In this document: in pieces, positions 1-9,104 of the stretch
Position numbering within the stretch: position 1 is the first letter of the stretch
Layout of the letters: the number at the start of each line of letters is the position of its first letter
IMG/VR virus record: IMGVR_UViG_3300027754_000232
Location: 1-36,632 of that record
Length of the DNA: 36,632 nucleotides
Direction: 5' to 3' (one strand)
DNA from: a virus
Lineage: Duplodnaviria > Caudoviricetes
The notes under the pieces: generated by a model
What the model saw: the letters and a program-made list of their open reading frames with translations, nothing else
Databases searched by the model: none
Told to the model about the DNA's origin: nothing
Position numbers and translations under genes: made by a program

Positions 1-111
1 GTTTAACGGATGCTTACTATTGTCTACCCACAATGGATACCAAATAGATGCTTCCGTTTCCAGCTTTTCTTTTAATTCATTAATTTCCTCAATAGACTCA
101 ACAATATTCAT
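1..111 (-). CDS. N-terminal 37 aa of a gene running off the window (MNIVESIEEINELKEKLETEASIWYPLWVDNSKHPLN); possibly a phage family-A DNA polymerase
   Basis: ATG at 111-109, open to the window edge, directly behind a Bacteroidota-type promoter. The polymerase guess rests only on recalled resemblance of the N-terminus and is weak. Confidence 0.45.
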   Translation of the reverse strand, partial: MNIVESIEEINELKEKLETEASIWYPLWVDNSKHPLN

Positions 112-116
112 AGATA

Positions 117-148
117 CAAAGATACAAAAAAAATCCCAAACTACCAAA
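117..148 (-). promoter_or_regulatory. Bacteroidota primary-sigma promoter (-33 TTTG, -7 TAnnTTTG)
   Basis: Minus strand reads TTTG (148-145), 20-nt spacer, TATCTTTG (124-117), matching the known Bacteroides/Flavobacterium consensus; ends 5 nt before the ATG at 111. Confidence 0.65.
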
Positions 149-167
149 TTAATGTAGAATGGGATTT
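126..167 (-). terminator. Intrinsic terminator after tmRNA
   Basis: Inverted repeat AAATCCCA (131-138)/TGGGATTT (160-167) with inner CTAC/GTAG pairing, followed on the minus strand by a T-run (A126-133). Confidence 0.7.
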
Positions 168-171
168 AGAG

Positions 172-603
172 TGGAGATGGCGGGAATCGAACCCGCGTCT
201 TGCAAAGTAATCATAATACCAGAGATTCACACGTTTAGGATAATGATTTAATCTTACAACCATTCCAAAAGAATTGGGGCCGTATGGTTAATACAGCTTT
301 CCACCATTCGATTTTCTAGATGAGTTTAAGGTGTGTTCGAATCACACCATCATAACGGAGTCTCATTCTTCCTCTACGTCTATCCGTAGTGTTTGTTCAC
401 TTCTATTTAAATGTTCCACGAGTGATGCGGAATGAACTAAGCAGCGTATGCGTACTCAGAAGCCCCAATGAATTCCATCATAGAATCAAAGGTCATAGTT
501 GACATTTCGTCAGTTGTTTGTTTGCGCAGATTTAAAGAGCTCTAGCACATCTCTCTACGTGTGGTACTACCATTCTCATTGCAATCAAGTCCATGGCATC
601 CCC
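172..603 (-). ncRNA. ssrA: tmRNA (SsrA), one-piece, ~432 nt, CCA not encoded
   Basis: 5' GGGGATG pairs with 3' CATCTCC-A (G3.U alanine identity pair, discriminator A); T-arm GCGGG-TTCGATT-CCCGC; long-range helix CACACGT/ACGTGTG (563-557 with 234-228); internal tag ORF 511-437 ending YAYAA-TAG. Confidence 0.95.
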
Positions 604-613
604 ATATAATATG

Positions 614-645
614 TAAATATACGAATAATAATTTAGATTACCAAA
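614..645 (-). promoter_or_regulatory. Putative tmRNA promoter (TTTG-N20-TATATTTA)
   Basis: Same geometry as the 117-148 promoter with the -7 box ending in A instead of G; ends 10 nt upstream of the tmRNA 5' end. Confidence 0.45.
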
Positions 646-1005
646 TTATTGTTTAGAAAATTGTAAAGTGTTTGGAAGATATGTATATAAATTACGCATA
701 GTCAAACATCCTAATTTAATTGATTTTAAATTTGATTCCGAAATCTCATCATTAGTTCCATATATTCTCCACATTATAGTTACTGCTATATAAAATGGAT
801 TTTGTAAAAATGATGCATATTCATTTCTATCTATTTCAAAAATAGGTGCGCCATTATCATTTGATTTTTGTATAAAATATCTATCAATATATCCTTTTTT
901 ATAATCAATATCCTCTGGCATTGGTATAATTGTTTCAATTTTTTTATATTTAAACAAGTGTCCATTTTTAATTATACTATTATATCTATCTATTTTAATT
1001 GCCAT
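646..1005 (-). CDS. Hypothetical protein, last gene of the baseplate operon
   Basis: 119-aa ORF, ATG start, TAA stop, 13 nt downstream of the hub gene. Confidence 0.75.
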   Translation of the reverse strand: MAIKIDRYNSIIKNGHLFKYKKIETIIPMPEDIDYKKGYIDRYFIQKSNDNGAPIFEIDRNEYASFLQNPFYIAVTIMWRIYGTNDEISESNLKSIKLGCLTMRNLYTYLPNTLQFSKQ

Positions 1006-1018
1006 ATTATAATATTAT

Positions 1019-3814
1019 TTAATATTTTTGATTTAAAGTAAATGTTTTTGGTTGAGATGGATTTACATATGGTATTTTCGTTGCATCTTGTTGCGCCACA
1101 ATACCAAAAGCTGGTGTGGTTGTTGCTACTCCATTTCCCAATTTATTTACAGATGTAGAACTACCATCAGATTTTAATGCTGATTGTAATGCTCTAAATC
1201 CACCAGTTATTGTAGTTGTCCATACCATATTAGTTAAACTATGCTCTATTTGCTGAACTTGAAATATTCCATGGGATGCATATTTGCTTGGAATTCCTCT
1301 TATATGAAATGTATCTCCAAATCGTATTCCACTTATTCCCAATGTTTTAAATGTATAATGTATTGGCAAAGGATGCGATAATCCACCTTTGGAAACAAAT
1401 ACATCATTTTTTAATCTATCAAATAAAGATGTATCATCAAATGTGTAAATACGAAATCTTTCATCAAATGTTGTACTATCTATTAAACCTGCCTCATCTG
1501 TCATAGCTGATGGTATTGTTACTAATTCAGGATTTGGTACTATTTCAATTTTTGATAAATTATTACTAATTGCAGTTTGTTTTGCATCATTTTCATCTTT
1601 TGCTACTTGCCATTTTTCATCTCTAGCTTTATCCAGCTCATCTTCTAAAGCTCTTACTTCTTTTATTTTATCTTCTTGCTCTGTTGTTTTATCAGCCAAT
1701 GCTTTACTAGGTACTGTTATTACATATTGACCTAATCCAGTTCCTACAATTTGTGTTGTTGTTTGGTCTGATAGAGCTTGTTTTTCATTGTAAAGTTTAT
1801 CTAATGCGGCATTACCCTCTGCTATTTTATCTTTAAGGTCTTCAATCTTTGCTTTTACTTTTTGCTCCGGTGTTGCTGGTATTTTTGCTAATTCTTCCAT
1901 TTGTGCATTTGCTGCATCATCTTCCTTTTCCTTTTCTGTCTTTGCTGGTTTTGTTAAATCGCTTGGTTTTTTTGAAAATAAATCTTGCTTTGATTCAAAA
2001 AATCCATTTGGAGCAGTACTAATATGTGGCATACTTGGTTGAGTTGCTTTACCTAATCTTTGTGAAACTATTTGATTAGTCATTTCAGATGGTATTGATA
2101 TTTCCAATGTTGATTCTAAAAAAGGTGAAAGAACTCCACTATGCCAAAATATTTGAGTTTTTTCTTTATTTGGATTATCACCTATCCAATTTTCATCAAT
2201 TACACTTAATGCAATATCTCCTTTTTTTAATCCAAGATTTGCATCATCACTTTTTAGTTGATGCTCTACTATTTGAAAATGCCAAAAATTATTTACTGCA
2301 GATGACATTTCATTTAATATATCTAAGAATACCTCTCTTACAGTTTTATTTGGTTGATTAATTTTTTCAACAAACATATTTAAATTAACATAAAGATTTT
2401 TTAATCTTCCCCAATATTCTTTTTTCTCTGCAACCGTATCACCATCATTATTTGAACTATCTAATGGAACTTGCTCTACAAATCGTACACCAGCTATTGA
2501 TGCATCGATTGGATTTGCTGGTGTCTTTCCTACCATTAAAACCCCACCTGCTTCTTGTGTTATTTCATCGGTATTCCAAAAGTATTGTCTAAAATCAGGA
2601 ATATCACCAGGAATAATTAATGCAGATGATTTTGTTGAAAACATAAAAGGAAATGCTCCTATTTTTGATTTTGAAATATCAATTTTTACACTTACCGATT
2701 TATCACCAAAAAGATATGATGTTAATGCCCCATTTCTATTCAAAATTTCAACAGCCATATCCATCCTAATATATTTATGTGGTGACCATAATTTTTCTTT
2801 TGGAATTTCAATTCCTTTAACATTTATTGTACTACCAGATCCCTTTTCTGAAAATAATGGTCTATCAAATGACCAAAATCCACCATTACTATCAGTTACA
2901 ATTGCATCTATTATTGCTTTATCTAAATTTATAAATTGTTCAACTACAGAAGATGGGTTATAATTTTGTACCTCTTGTATTTGTCTATGAGATGGCAATG
3001 AATTAAACATATTTGCCCACCTTCTTTCCTTTACATCTGAATTAGCAGCTTCTAATTTTGATACCCCATATGGGTTTAATTTTTTAGAATTACCTACATT
3101 TTCTATTTTTCCATTTACTTTTTGAAGTTGTATATGAGTGTGAGATTGTAAATATGTTGGTAATCCGGGTGCTCCCCTTAAATTAATTTTGACATTAAAT
3201 TGTTCACCATCATTAGAAACACTACCACCAACTATAAATCCAAAAAACGTATCATAGTCACCACCAGATGCCATTCTTATTTCATGTAATTTTTCATAGT
3301 TAAGATTTCTTTCTGTAGTTTGTTTTAGTATTCCAGCAATTTTCCCACTCGTATCTATCATCTTCAATCCACCTTCGGGTGTATTCCATCCCCACTCTAC
3401 GCAAATTGTATATCCAGGTTCTAAAAAATATTTTTGAATTATTTCCATTTGAGTTAATGAAAAACATTTAATTTCTAAAGTTGCTTCTTTTGATATTTGG
3501 TCCTTTCCTTCTTTAACTTCAAATGATACAACTCCAGGAGATGGTCTTAATCCCCTATCAGTTCCACCACCTACCGGATTTCCATCCCAATCCGTTCCAA
3601 TACTTCCAACAGAATTAGGACTACCATATATTGATGCACCTTCTCCTGCTGCTTTAAATAATGGATAATTATTATTGGATGAAATTATTAATCCATTATT
3701 AGCTCCAGCAAATACTCTAAGCCAAACATTAAGATTTGTTGCTTTATGTGTATCTGTCCTACTTCTAAGATTTGCAGCTATTTTTGGTTCTATATTTGAT
3801 AAGTGAGGCCACAT
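1019..3814 (-). CDS. Baseplate hub-like protein (gp27/VgrG-type position) with a coiled-coil insertion
   Basis: 931 aa; follows the LysM gene with TAATG coupling; N-terminal YFLEPGYTICVEWGW and C-terminal GISGIRFGDTFHI...FQVQQIEH...WTTTITG are hub-like; synteny. Confidence 0.6.
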   Translation of the reverse strand: MWPHLSNIEPKIAANLRSRTDTHKATNLNVWLRVFAGANNGLIISSNNNYPLFKAAGEGASIYGSPNSVGSIGTDWDGNPVGGGTDRGLRPSPGVVSFEVKEGKDQISKEATLEIKCFSLTQMEIIQKYFLEPGYTICVEWGWNTPEGGLKMIDTSGKIAGILKQTTERNLNYEKLHEIRMASGGDYDTFFGFIVGGSVSNDGEQFNVKINLRGAPGLPTYLQSHTHIQLQKVNGKIENVGNSKKLNPYGVSKLEAANSDVKERRWANMFNSLPSHRQIQEVQNYNPSSVVEQFINLDKAIIDAIVTDSNGGFWSFDRPLFSEKGSGSTINVKGIEIPKEKLWSPHKYIRMDMAVEILNRNGALTSYLFGDKSVSVKIDISKSKIGAFPFMFSTKSSALIIPGDIPDFRQYFWNTDEITQEAGGVLMVGKTPANPIDASIAGVRFVEQVPLDSSNNDGDTVAEKKEYWGRLKNLYVNLNMFVEKINQPNKTVREVFLDILNEMSSAVNNFWHFQIVEHQLKSDDANLGLKKGDIALSVIDENWIGDNPNKEKTQIFWHSGVLSPFLESTLEISIPSEMTNQIVSQRLGKATQPSMPHISTAPNGFFESKQDLFSKKPSDLTKPAKTEKEKEDDAANAQMEELAKIPATPEQKVKAKIEDLKDKIAEGNAALDKLYNEKQALSDQTTTQIVGTGLGQYVITVPSKALADKTTEQEDKIKEVRALEDELDKARDEKWQVAKDENDAKQTAISNNLSKIEIVPNPELVTIPSAMTDEAGLIDSTTFDERFRIYTFDDTSLFDRLKNDVFVSKGGLSHPLPIHYTFKTLGISGIRFGDTFHIRGIPSKYASHGIFQVQQIEHSLTNMVWTTTITGGFRALQSALKSDGSSTSVNKLGNGVATTTPAFGIVAQQDATKIPYVNPSQPKTFTLNQKY

Positions 3815-4104
3815 TAGTTAGTAAAGTTTCTTAATATTTGTAAGTAATTTTGAGGTACTCTTAATATAGTGCCTTCTGTAAATGCAAATACCGCATTATG
3901 TATATTATTTGCCGATGCTATAATCCACCAAAGAGATGAATCATTATAAAATTGATGAGCCAATGTATCCAATCTATCACCTGTTTCAGTAGCTACATAT
4001 ATATCATCATCTCTTAATGGTATATTAGGATATATTACTGATTTATATACTTCCCTACCATCAATTGTTTTTTTAATTTGATTATTATCGTATCTACTTA
4101 TCAT
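3814..4104 (-). CDS. LysM-fold baseplate protein (tail X / gp53-like)
   Basis: GDRLDTLAHQFYNDSSLWWIIASANNI...GTILRVP is the LysM-like signature of baseplate proteins. Confidence 0.9.
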   Translation of the reverse strand: MISRYDNNQIKKTIDGREVYKSVIYPNIPLRDDDIYVATETGDRLDTLAHQFYNDSSLWWIIASANNIHNAVFAFTEGTILRVPQNYLQILRNFTN

Positions 4105-4110
4105 AATTTA

Positions 4111-6171
4111 TTAAAATTGATTTATTACTGCTGCGTTACCCAATGCATTATTAGTAATACCAGCTTCTGATTCCAATTCCTTTTGAGTAACTTGTTTAGT
4201 TTGTCCATACTCATCTTTTATAAAATACTGCTTTGTCCCAGTACCACCATTTAAATTTATTGGTTCTGGCGCCATTTTTGCTTGTAGTGATATTTTATCT
4301 GATAATTTCATATTTAATAACTTATCCGCCGATGCTTTACTTGCAGCTGCTATATTATTTGCATTCGCTATAACACCATTACCCATTGTTTTTAATTTTT
4401 TAGAACTAACCACAGTTACATCTTGTAGTGTATTTGGTGGTGGTGGTGTGGATACTGGTTCTCCTACAATAACTTTTCCTGCCGGACTATTACTATATCC
4501 ATAATGTGTTGTAGTTAATTCGTTTGTGCTTGATTTACTTTCAACAAATTTTAATGTGATACCAACATCAATAATAGTAGGTAATTTATAATTTGCTGCC
4601 GTAGATTTTTTCTCAGCTACATTAACACCATTATCGCTTAATGCTACAAATGGTATTCCAGTTTCCCAAACATTATTATCATCTATTGTATAAATTAAAG
4701 AATCAATAAAACATTCTTTATGCTTAAACATATTACCTAAAGTAAATTTTAAAAATGGAGGAATTGTATAAACACCGCCACTACCACCATATGTTGGATA
4801 TACTAATGATGATAAAAAATTTAATCGTTTCCATGCAGCTATATGTTCTTCTACTGATAATGAATATACTTTAAAATTAAATTGTACACTTCTTTCAATT
4901 CCACTGTATGTATAAAAATTAAATGGATTTCCTATAAATTTTTGAGAATCCCAAGATGGTGAATATGTCTCAGTTAATCCAGTAATTGTTGCTCTAAATT
5001 GTACGGTTCTATCTTTTGCTATTGAATAAAATTTTAATGCAACAAAATCTAAATCATCATATGATTTAAAAGTTCCCTCATCAGTACCAATTCCATCTTT
5101 ATCAGGTTGGTATGTAATTAATGTATTTAATTTATCTATATTTTTACCATATGTTTGATGCCCATTATCAGTTTCGTTTGTTGGCAATCCTAACTTTGCT
5201 TGTAATGAATATTGATTAAATCTTTTCTTTTGAACTTTTGTATATACACCATCTCCCTGTTTTTTTAATATATCTGTTTTTTCAGGAAATCTTCCATCAT
5301 CTTGAATTACTGTCCATGAGGTTGATAAATCATTTCTATCATATATGTTATCATCTCTACGTTTTTTTGAATTAGAATACAAATTTTCTCTAGTACTAGA
5401 AGATTGCATTGGATTTGAAGCAAATAAGAAAAATTCATCTAACCGAATTTTATCTCCCCATCTAACCGAAGCATAAATACCATAACTATTACCTTGATTT
5501 TTTGCTAAATTTATTTGTCCAGAATTACCACTACCTAATAGTAAATTTTTTAATGCTTTTTTACCTGCTTCTGCAGCTGCACCAGGTATATTATCTCCTA
5601 TTTGGCCAGTAGTACCATTTATATTTTGAGATATAAATTTACCTAATAGACTTCCAGCTGCATTTTTTTTAATTTTATCTAATACTATCCTTGTTTTATA
5701 CGAAGGAATAGATTTGTTATTAAATTCTGTTTTATTTAAATATATTTTAGTTGGTGTTATATTTTGCGGAACACCCAATACTGATTTTACTGAATTGATT
5801 GCTCCCCTAACTGAATTTACCAAACCGCCTAACAATCCACCATTACCAGCTGATACATTATTTGCACTTTTCATTTCCTCAACATCATCACTTTGTTGTA
5901 ATGTGAATCTTGCTATTTTAGTACCATATATAATTGGTGAAGATAATTTACTTATTATTCTCAATCCTGTTGTTTCTTCTTCTATTAAAGTTTCTTTACC
6001 AACAATTGATGCTTTTCTTCTAATTGCTGTTGCTGCTTTAAAAGGTAATCTCATTAAACCAGCTGCTGATGTTAATTCATTATCTTTACTATTACGGACA
6101 GCATATTGTTGCTCAGCGGTAATACCACTGCTTAATTTTTTACTTCTAAATAATTCTTCTATCGTTGGCAT
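4111..6171 (-). CDS. Baseplate tube-initiator / tube-like protein with long N-terminal extension
   Basis: Core VQFRATITGLTETYSPSWDSQKFIGNPFNFYTYSGIERSVQFNFKV...LKFTLGNMF; sits between tape measure and LysM genes. Confidence 0.65.
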   Translation of the reverse strand: MPTIEELFRSKKLSSGITAEQQYAVRNSKDNELTSAAGLMRLPFKAATAIRRKASIVGKETLIEEETTGLRIISKLSSPIIYGTKIARFTLQQSDDVEEMKSANNVSAGNGGLLGGLVNSVRGAINSVKSVLGVPQNITPTKIYLNKTEFNNKSIPSYKTRIVLDKIKKNAAGSLLGKFISQNINGTTGQIGDNIPGAAAEAGKKALKNLLLGSGNSGQINLAKNQGNSYGIYASVRWGDKIRLDEFFLFASNPMQSSSTRENLYSNSKKRRDDNIYDRNDLSTSWTVIQDDGRFPEKTDILKKQGDGVYTKVQKKRFNQYSLQAKLGLPTNETDNGHQTYGKNIDKLNTLITYQPDKDGIGTDEGTFKSYDDLDFVALKFYSIAKDRTVQFRATITGLTETYSPSWDSQKFIGNPFNFYTYSGIERSVQFNFKVYSLSVEEHIAAWKRLNFLSSLVYPTYGGSGGVYTIPPFLKFTLGNMFKHKECFIDSLIYTIDDNNVWETGIPFVALSDNGVNVAEKKSTAANYKLPTIIDVGITLKFVESKSSTNELTTTHYGYSNSPAGKVIVGEPVSTPPPPNTLQDVTVVSSKKLKTMGNGVIANANNIAAASKASADKLLNMKLSDKISLQAKMAPEPINLNGGTGTKQYFIKDEYGQTKQVTQKELESEAGITNNALGNAAVINQF

Positions 6172-6180
6172 CTTATATTA

Positions 6181-8571
6181 TTATGCTTGTCCTAATGCAA
6201 AGTTATTTCTAGTACCTTTACTTACATTACTTGCTATATTTGCTGTAACCTTTGAACCATCCATATATACATCATTTGATTTATTTGCCATATCTTTTCT
6301 CATTTGTTTCATCTCATCTACTAATATATTAATTGCATGTGATGTAGCTACTCCACCAAAAGGTGTTACAGCTCCCACTTTTCCCGCTTTAGATGCTTCA
6401 TCCAATTTAGATGTTATGCCAGGTGCCATAGCAACATCATCGTTTTTAGTTCCTTTGTATATAGCACCTTCTGCGGTTGTTACAGTTGGACCTTCACCAG
6501 CAGGCATTTTTAAATCACCTACATGTTTTGCTTTTGTAGCCATACTCAGCATTCCAGCAACTATTGCACCAGCACCAATCAAACCTAATCCAAATGGAAT
6601 TTTTGATAATGATTCAAATATACCACCAATTGCACCAACCAACATAGTAGAAGCTGTCCCAGCTGCTTCAAGTGCAACTGTTCCAAAGTATAGAGCCAAC
6701 GTACCCACTAATGGTAATAAGATATACATATTGTTAAGTATTTCACTAATAATAGATGCTAAAAATTTAACAGGTGCGAGTACTACTTCTAATATAGGCC
6801 CTAATGCTGTAAATATAGGTACTAATGCTCCACCTACTGTAGCAACTATACCTTTAAAACTATTTTCCATATCAGTCAATTGCCCCGTTATCTTTTGTCC
6901 TTGAATAAACTCATCAGTTTTTTGCTTAAGTTGTTCATCATTTAAATCTTTTACATCTAATCCAGCAGAAATAGCCGCTTCTGCATTTTTCTTATCTTCA
7001 CCAGTTAAATGAGCAAGTTTTTCTTTCATTAATAATTGCTTATTAATATCTTCAATACTCATACCAGCTGCTTTTGCTAATGCTTTTTGTGCAAATATGT
7101 CTTGGTTTTTAAATCCAATTCCCTGATTTAATTGATTTAGGATTTCTTCTTGTGCTTCTACCGTCTTACCGGCATATGCTAAACCTCTAGCGGTAGATAA
7201 ATTGAATTGTCCGCCAACAAATGTTGCTGCTACTAATTCATCTTCAATACCACTTTCAAAATTTAATAATTCCTCTGCTGTTTTTGCAACTTTAGTTAAT
7301 GTTGTACCTAACTGATGCGCTTGTATTACTTGATTTTTAAGTGCAGTAACATCTCCTTTAAAAAATGTAGAGGTTGCTTCTGCATTATCAGCAATATCTT
7401 CCAATACCTCTTTAGGAGATACTTTACCTTGCTGAGCCAATGATGCAATTTGTTGTTGTAAGTTTGCGGAGGTTTCACCACTAAGTCCAGCTACTTGCTC
7501 AAACACACCCTGTACTTTAGCTGCAGTTTCCGATGTTACCCCAGTTCTAGCTTGTATCCCACCCAATGCTGCGTATGTTGCAGTTGAAAAGTGAGTCATA
7601 TCACCAAAAACGTTTGCTAAATCATTACTTACATCAAATATATGTTTTAATTCTACACCAGCTCCTCTATACGCAACTTCAATTTCGTGTGCTTGGTGTG
7701 CAAGATGCTCTGTTTGCTTAACAGTCATTCCGGAAGTCTTCCTATAATCTTCACTTGCCTTATCTAATTCCTTAAATGATTCAAGACCAGCTAGTAAAGC
7801 CGCTCCTACTAATAAGATGGCCACTGCAGGACCATTCAACATTGCTTTTCCTAATTTTTTAGTAAAATCAATTGCACTTTTTAATGATTCTGGTGCTTCA
7901 TTATATAATTCGTTTTGTGCTTCTTTTAATTCGTTTAATCTTTCTTCTTTATGATATAATGATTCTTCTATATGAAGATTATCAAGTGCTGCTTTATATT
8001 GTTCTTCTGTATAAAGTAATCTATCTTCTTCTAATTCTTTTCTTTTTAATGCAAATTTATTTTGAAAAATGGCCTCTCCTTTAGCCTTCGCTGCTGCTTC
8101 CGCTTGTTCTTTAGTCGCATCTGATATTTCGGTTAATTTTGCTACTCTTTCAACAGACGCTTCCAATTCCTCTCCAGATAAATCTTTTTGTCTGAGTTGT
8201 TCTTTTATAATTTCAACATTAAGAGAAGAATATGCTCTAGCTCCGACAGATGTTCCTGTTAAATTATCTTTTACTTCTTTACTATATCGTGCAAAACTTT
8301 TGGAAAAATTTAAAGTTTGTTTATCTAACTCAATTAATTTATTTTTTTCATTTTTTAAAAACCCAAGCGTACGTCTTTCATCCTTAAACGCTTTTTTCTT
8401 AGATTCTATAATATTATCTATTTGTCTCTTTTCGTCTTTACTTGCTGTTTTTTTCTTTTGTTGCTCTGCAGCAATCTCAGCCTCCAAATCTTTTATTATT
8501 TGTAATTGCCTAATAATTTCAGGAAAATTTTTATATTTTACTTCGTCAATTGTACCTTTAGATGATGCCAT
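6181..8571 (-). CDS. Tail tape measure protein
   Basis: 796 aa, helical Ala/Lys/Glu/Gln-rich, with hydrophobic Gly/Ala segments; located after the chaperone pair and before baseplate genes. Confidence 0.85.
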   Translation of the reverse strand: MASSKGTIDEVKYKNFPEIIRQLQIIKDLEAEIAAEQQKKKTASKDEKRQIDNIIESKKKAFKDERRTLGFLKNEKNKLIELDKQTLNFSKSFARYSKEVKDNLTGTSVGARAYSSLNVEIIKEQLRQKDLSGEELEASVERVAKLTEISDATKEQAEAAAKAKGEAIFQNKFALKRKELEEDRLLYTEEQYKAALDNLHIEESLYHKEERLNELKEAQNELYNEAPESLKSAIDFTKKLGKAMLNGPAVAILLVGAALLAGLESFKELDKASEDYRKTSGMTVKQTEHLAHQAHEIEVAYRGAGVELKHIFDVSNDLANVFGDMTHFSTATYAALGGIQARTGVTSETAAKVQGVFEQVAGLSGETSANLQQQIASLAQQGKVSPKEVLEDIADNAEATSTFFKGDVTALKNQVIQAHQLGTTLTKVAKTAEELLNFESGIEDELVAATFVGGQFNLSTARGLAYAGKTVEAQEEILNQLNQGIGFKNQDIFAQKALAKAAGMSIEDINKQLLMKEKLAHLTGEDKKNAEAAISAGLDVKDLNDEQLKQKTDEFIQGQKITGQLTDMENSFKGIVATVGGALVPIFTALGPILEVVLAPVKFLASIISEILNNMYILLPLVGTLALYFGTVALEAAGTASTMLVGAIGGIFESLSKIPFGLGLIGAGAIVAGMLSMATKAKHVGDLKMPAGEGPTVTTAEGAIYKGTKNDDVAMAPGITSKLDEASKAGKVGAVTPFGGVATSHAINILVDEMKQMRKDMANKSNDVYMDGSKVTANIASNVSKGTRNNFALGQA

Positions 8572-8593
8572 TTTTTATAAATGTAATTATATT

Positions 8594-8818
8594 TTAATAA
8601 AGACCATATTTTTTTAATATAGCTAATGTTGACGGTGCTAATGTTTTTTTCATTCTTTCTCCAGCTTTATCATTAATATCTCCAATATCTTTATCTAGTT
8701 TTTTTAAAATTGGGTCATTATCTATAACTTTGCGTATTTCTGCTGGTGTTTGTTTTTTACCAAAAAAACTGAAAAATTCATTTAAATTTTTTCTTGATAT
8801 TTTATATTTCTTTGCCAT
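8594..8818 (-). CDS. Small basic hypothetical protein
   Basis: 74-aa ORF with ATG/TAA, preceded by the TATTTATA motif. Confidence 0.65.
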   Translation of the reverse strand: MAKKYKISRKNLNEFFSFFGKKQTPAEIRKVIDNDPILKKLDKDIGDINDKAGERMKKTLAPSTLAILKKYGLY

Positions 8819-8843
8819 ATATGTATTTGTTTAAGTTATTATC

Positions 8844-8851
8844 TATAAATA
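8844..8851 (-). promoter_or_regulatory. TATTTATA motif, putative phage late promoter
   Basis: Same octamer in the intergenic gaps upstream of most transcription units. Confidence 0.55.
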
Positions 8852-8861
8852 TCTTATAAAC

Positions 8862-8906
8862 AAAAAAGTTAGGATTTAGGGGAAATTACCTCTTAATCCT
8901 AACTTT
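8862..8906 (-). terminator. Intrinsic terminator overlapping the end of the chaperone T segment
   Basis: AAAGTTAGGATT (8865-8876)/AATCCTAACTTT (8895-8906) perfect 12-bp inverted repeat, then a T-run on the minus strand. Confidence 0.7.
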
Positions 8907-9104
8907 AGATGCTTTATTTGCTGTTTCTACTTGCTCATTCTCTTTTTTCTTAGCATCTACTAATTTATTGTAGTAGAAATTTCTAAGATGGGTTGGCATT
9001 TTATACAAATCCATTACCGTAAACCCATTTCCATAATTCACCATCTCAAATATTTGAGTGTGAAGATTTAAACTATGATTTTTCGGAAGGCCAAAAAAAC
9101 CCAA
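8886..9104 (-). CDS. Tail assembly chaperone C-terminal (T / T4 gp51-like) segment, probably expressed by frameshift
   Basis: Overlaps the upstream ORF in the +1 frame across GGGTTTTTTTGG; no ATG until 9044; HTQIFEMVNYGNGFTVMDLYKMPTHLRNFYYNKL resembles gp51-type short proteins. Confidence 0.7.
   Translation of the reverse strand: MGFFGLPKNHSLNLHTQIFEMVNYGNGFTVMDLYKMPTHLRNFYYNKLVDAKKKENEQVETANKASKVRIKR

Noticed and set aside
171-200. Stand-alone tRNA gene or attachment-site remnant
   Set aside because: The T-arm/acceptor half pairs with a 5' end ~430 nt away and encloses a tag ORF, so it is a complete tmRNA; no integrase is visible.
5714-8617. Plus-strand 396-, 70- and 182-aa ORFs
   Set aside because: Antisense to tape measure/baseplate genes, no recognisable motifs; the whole region is otherwise minus-strand.
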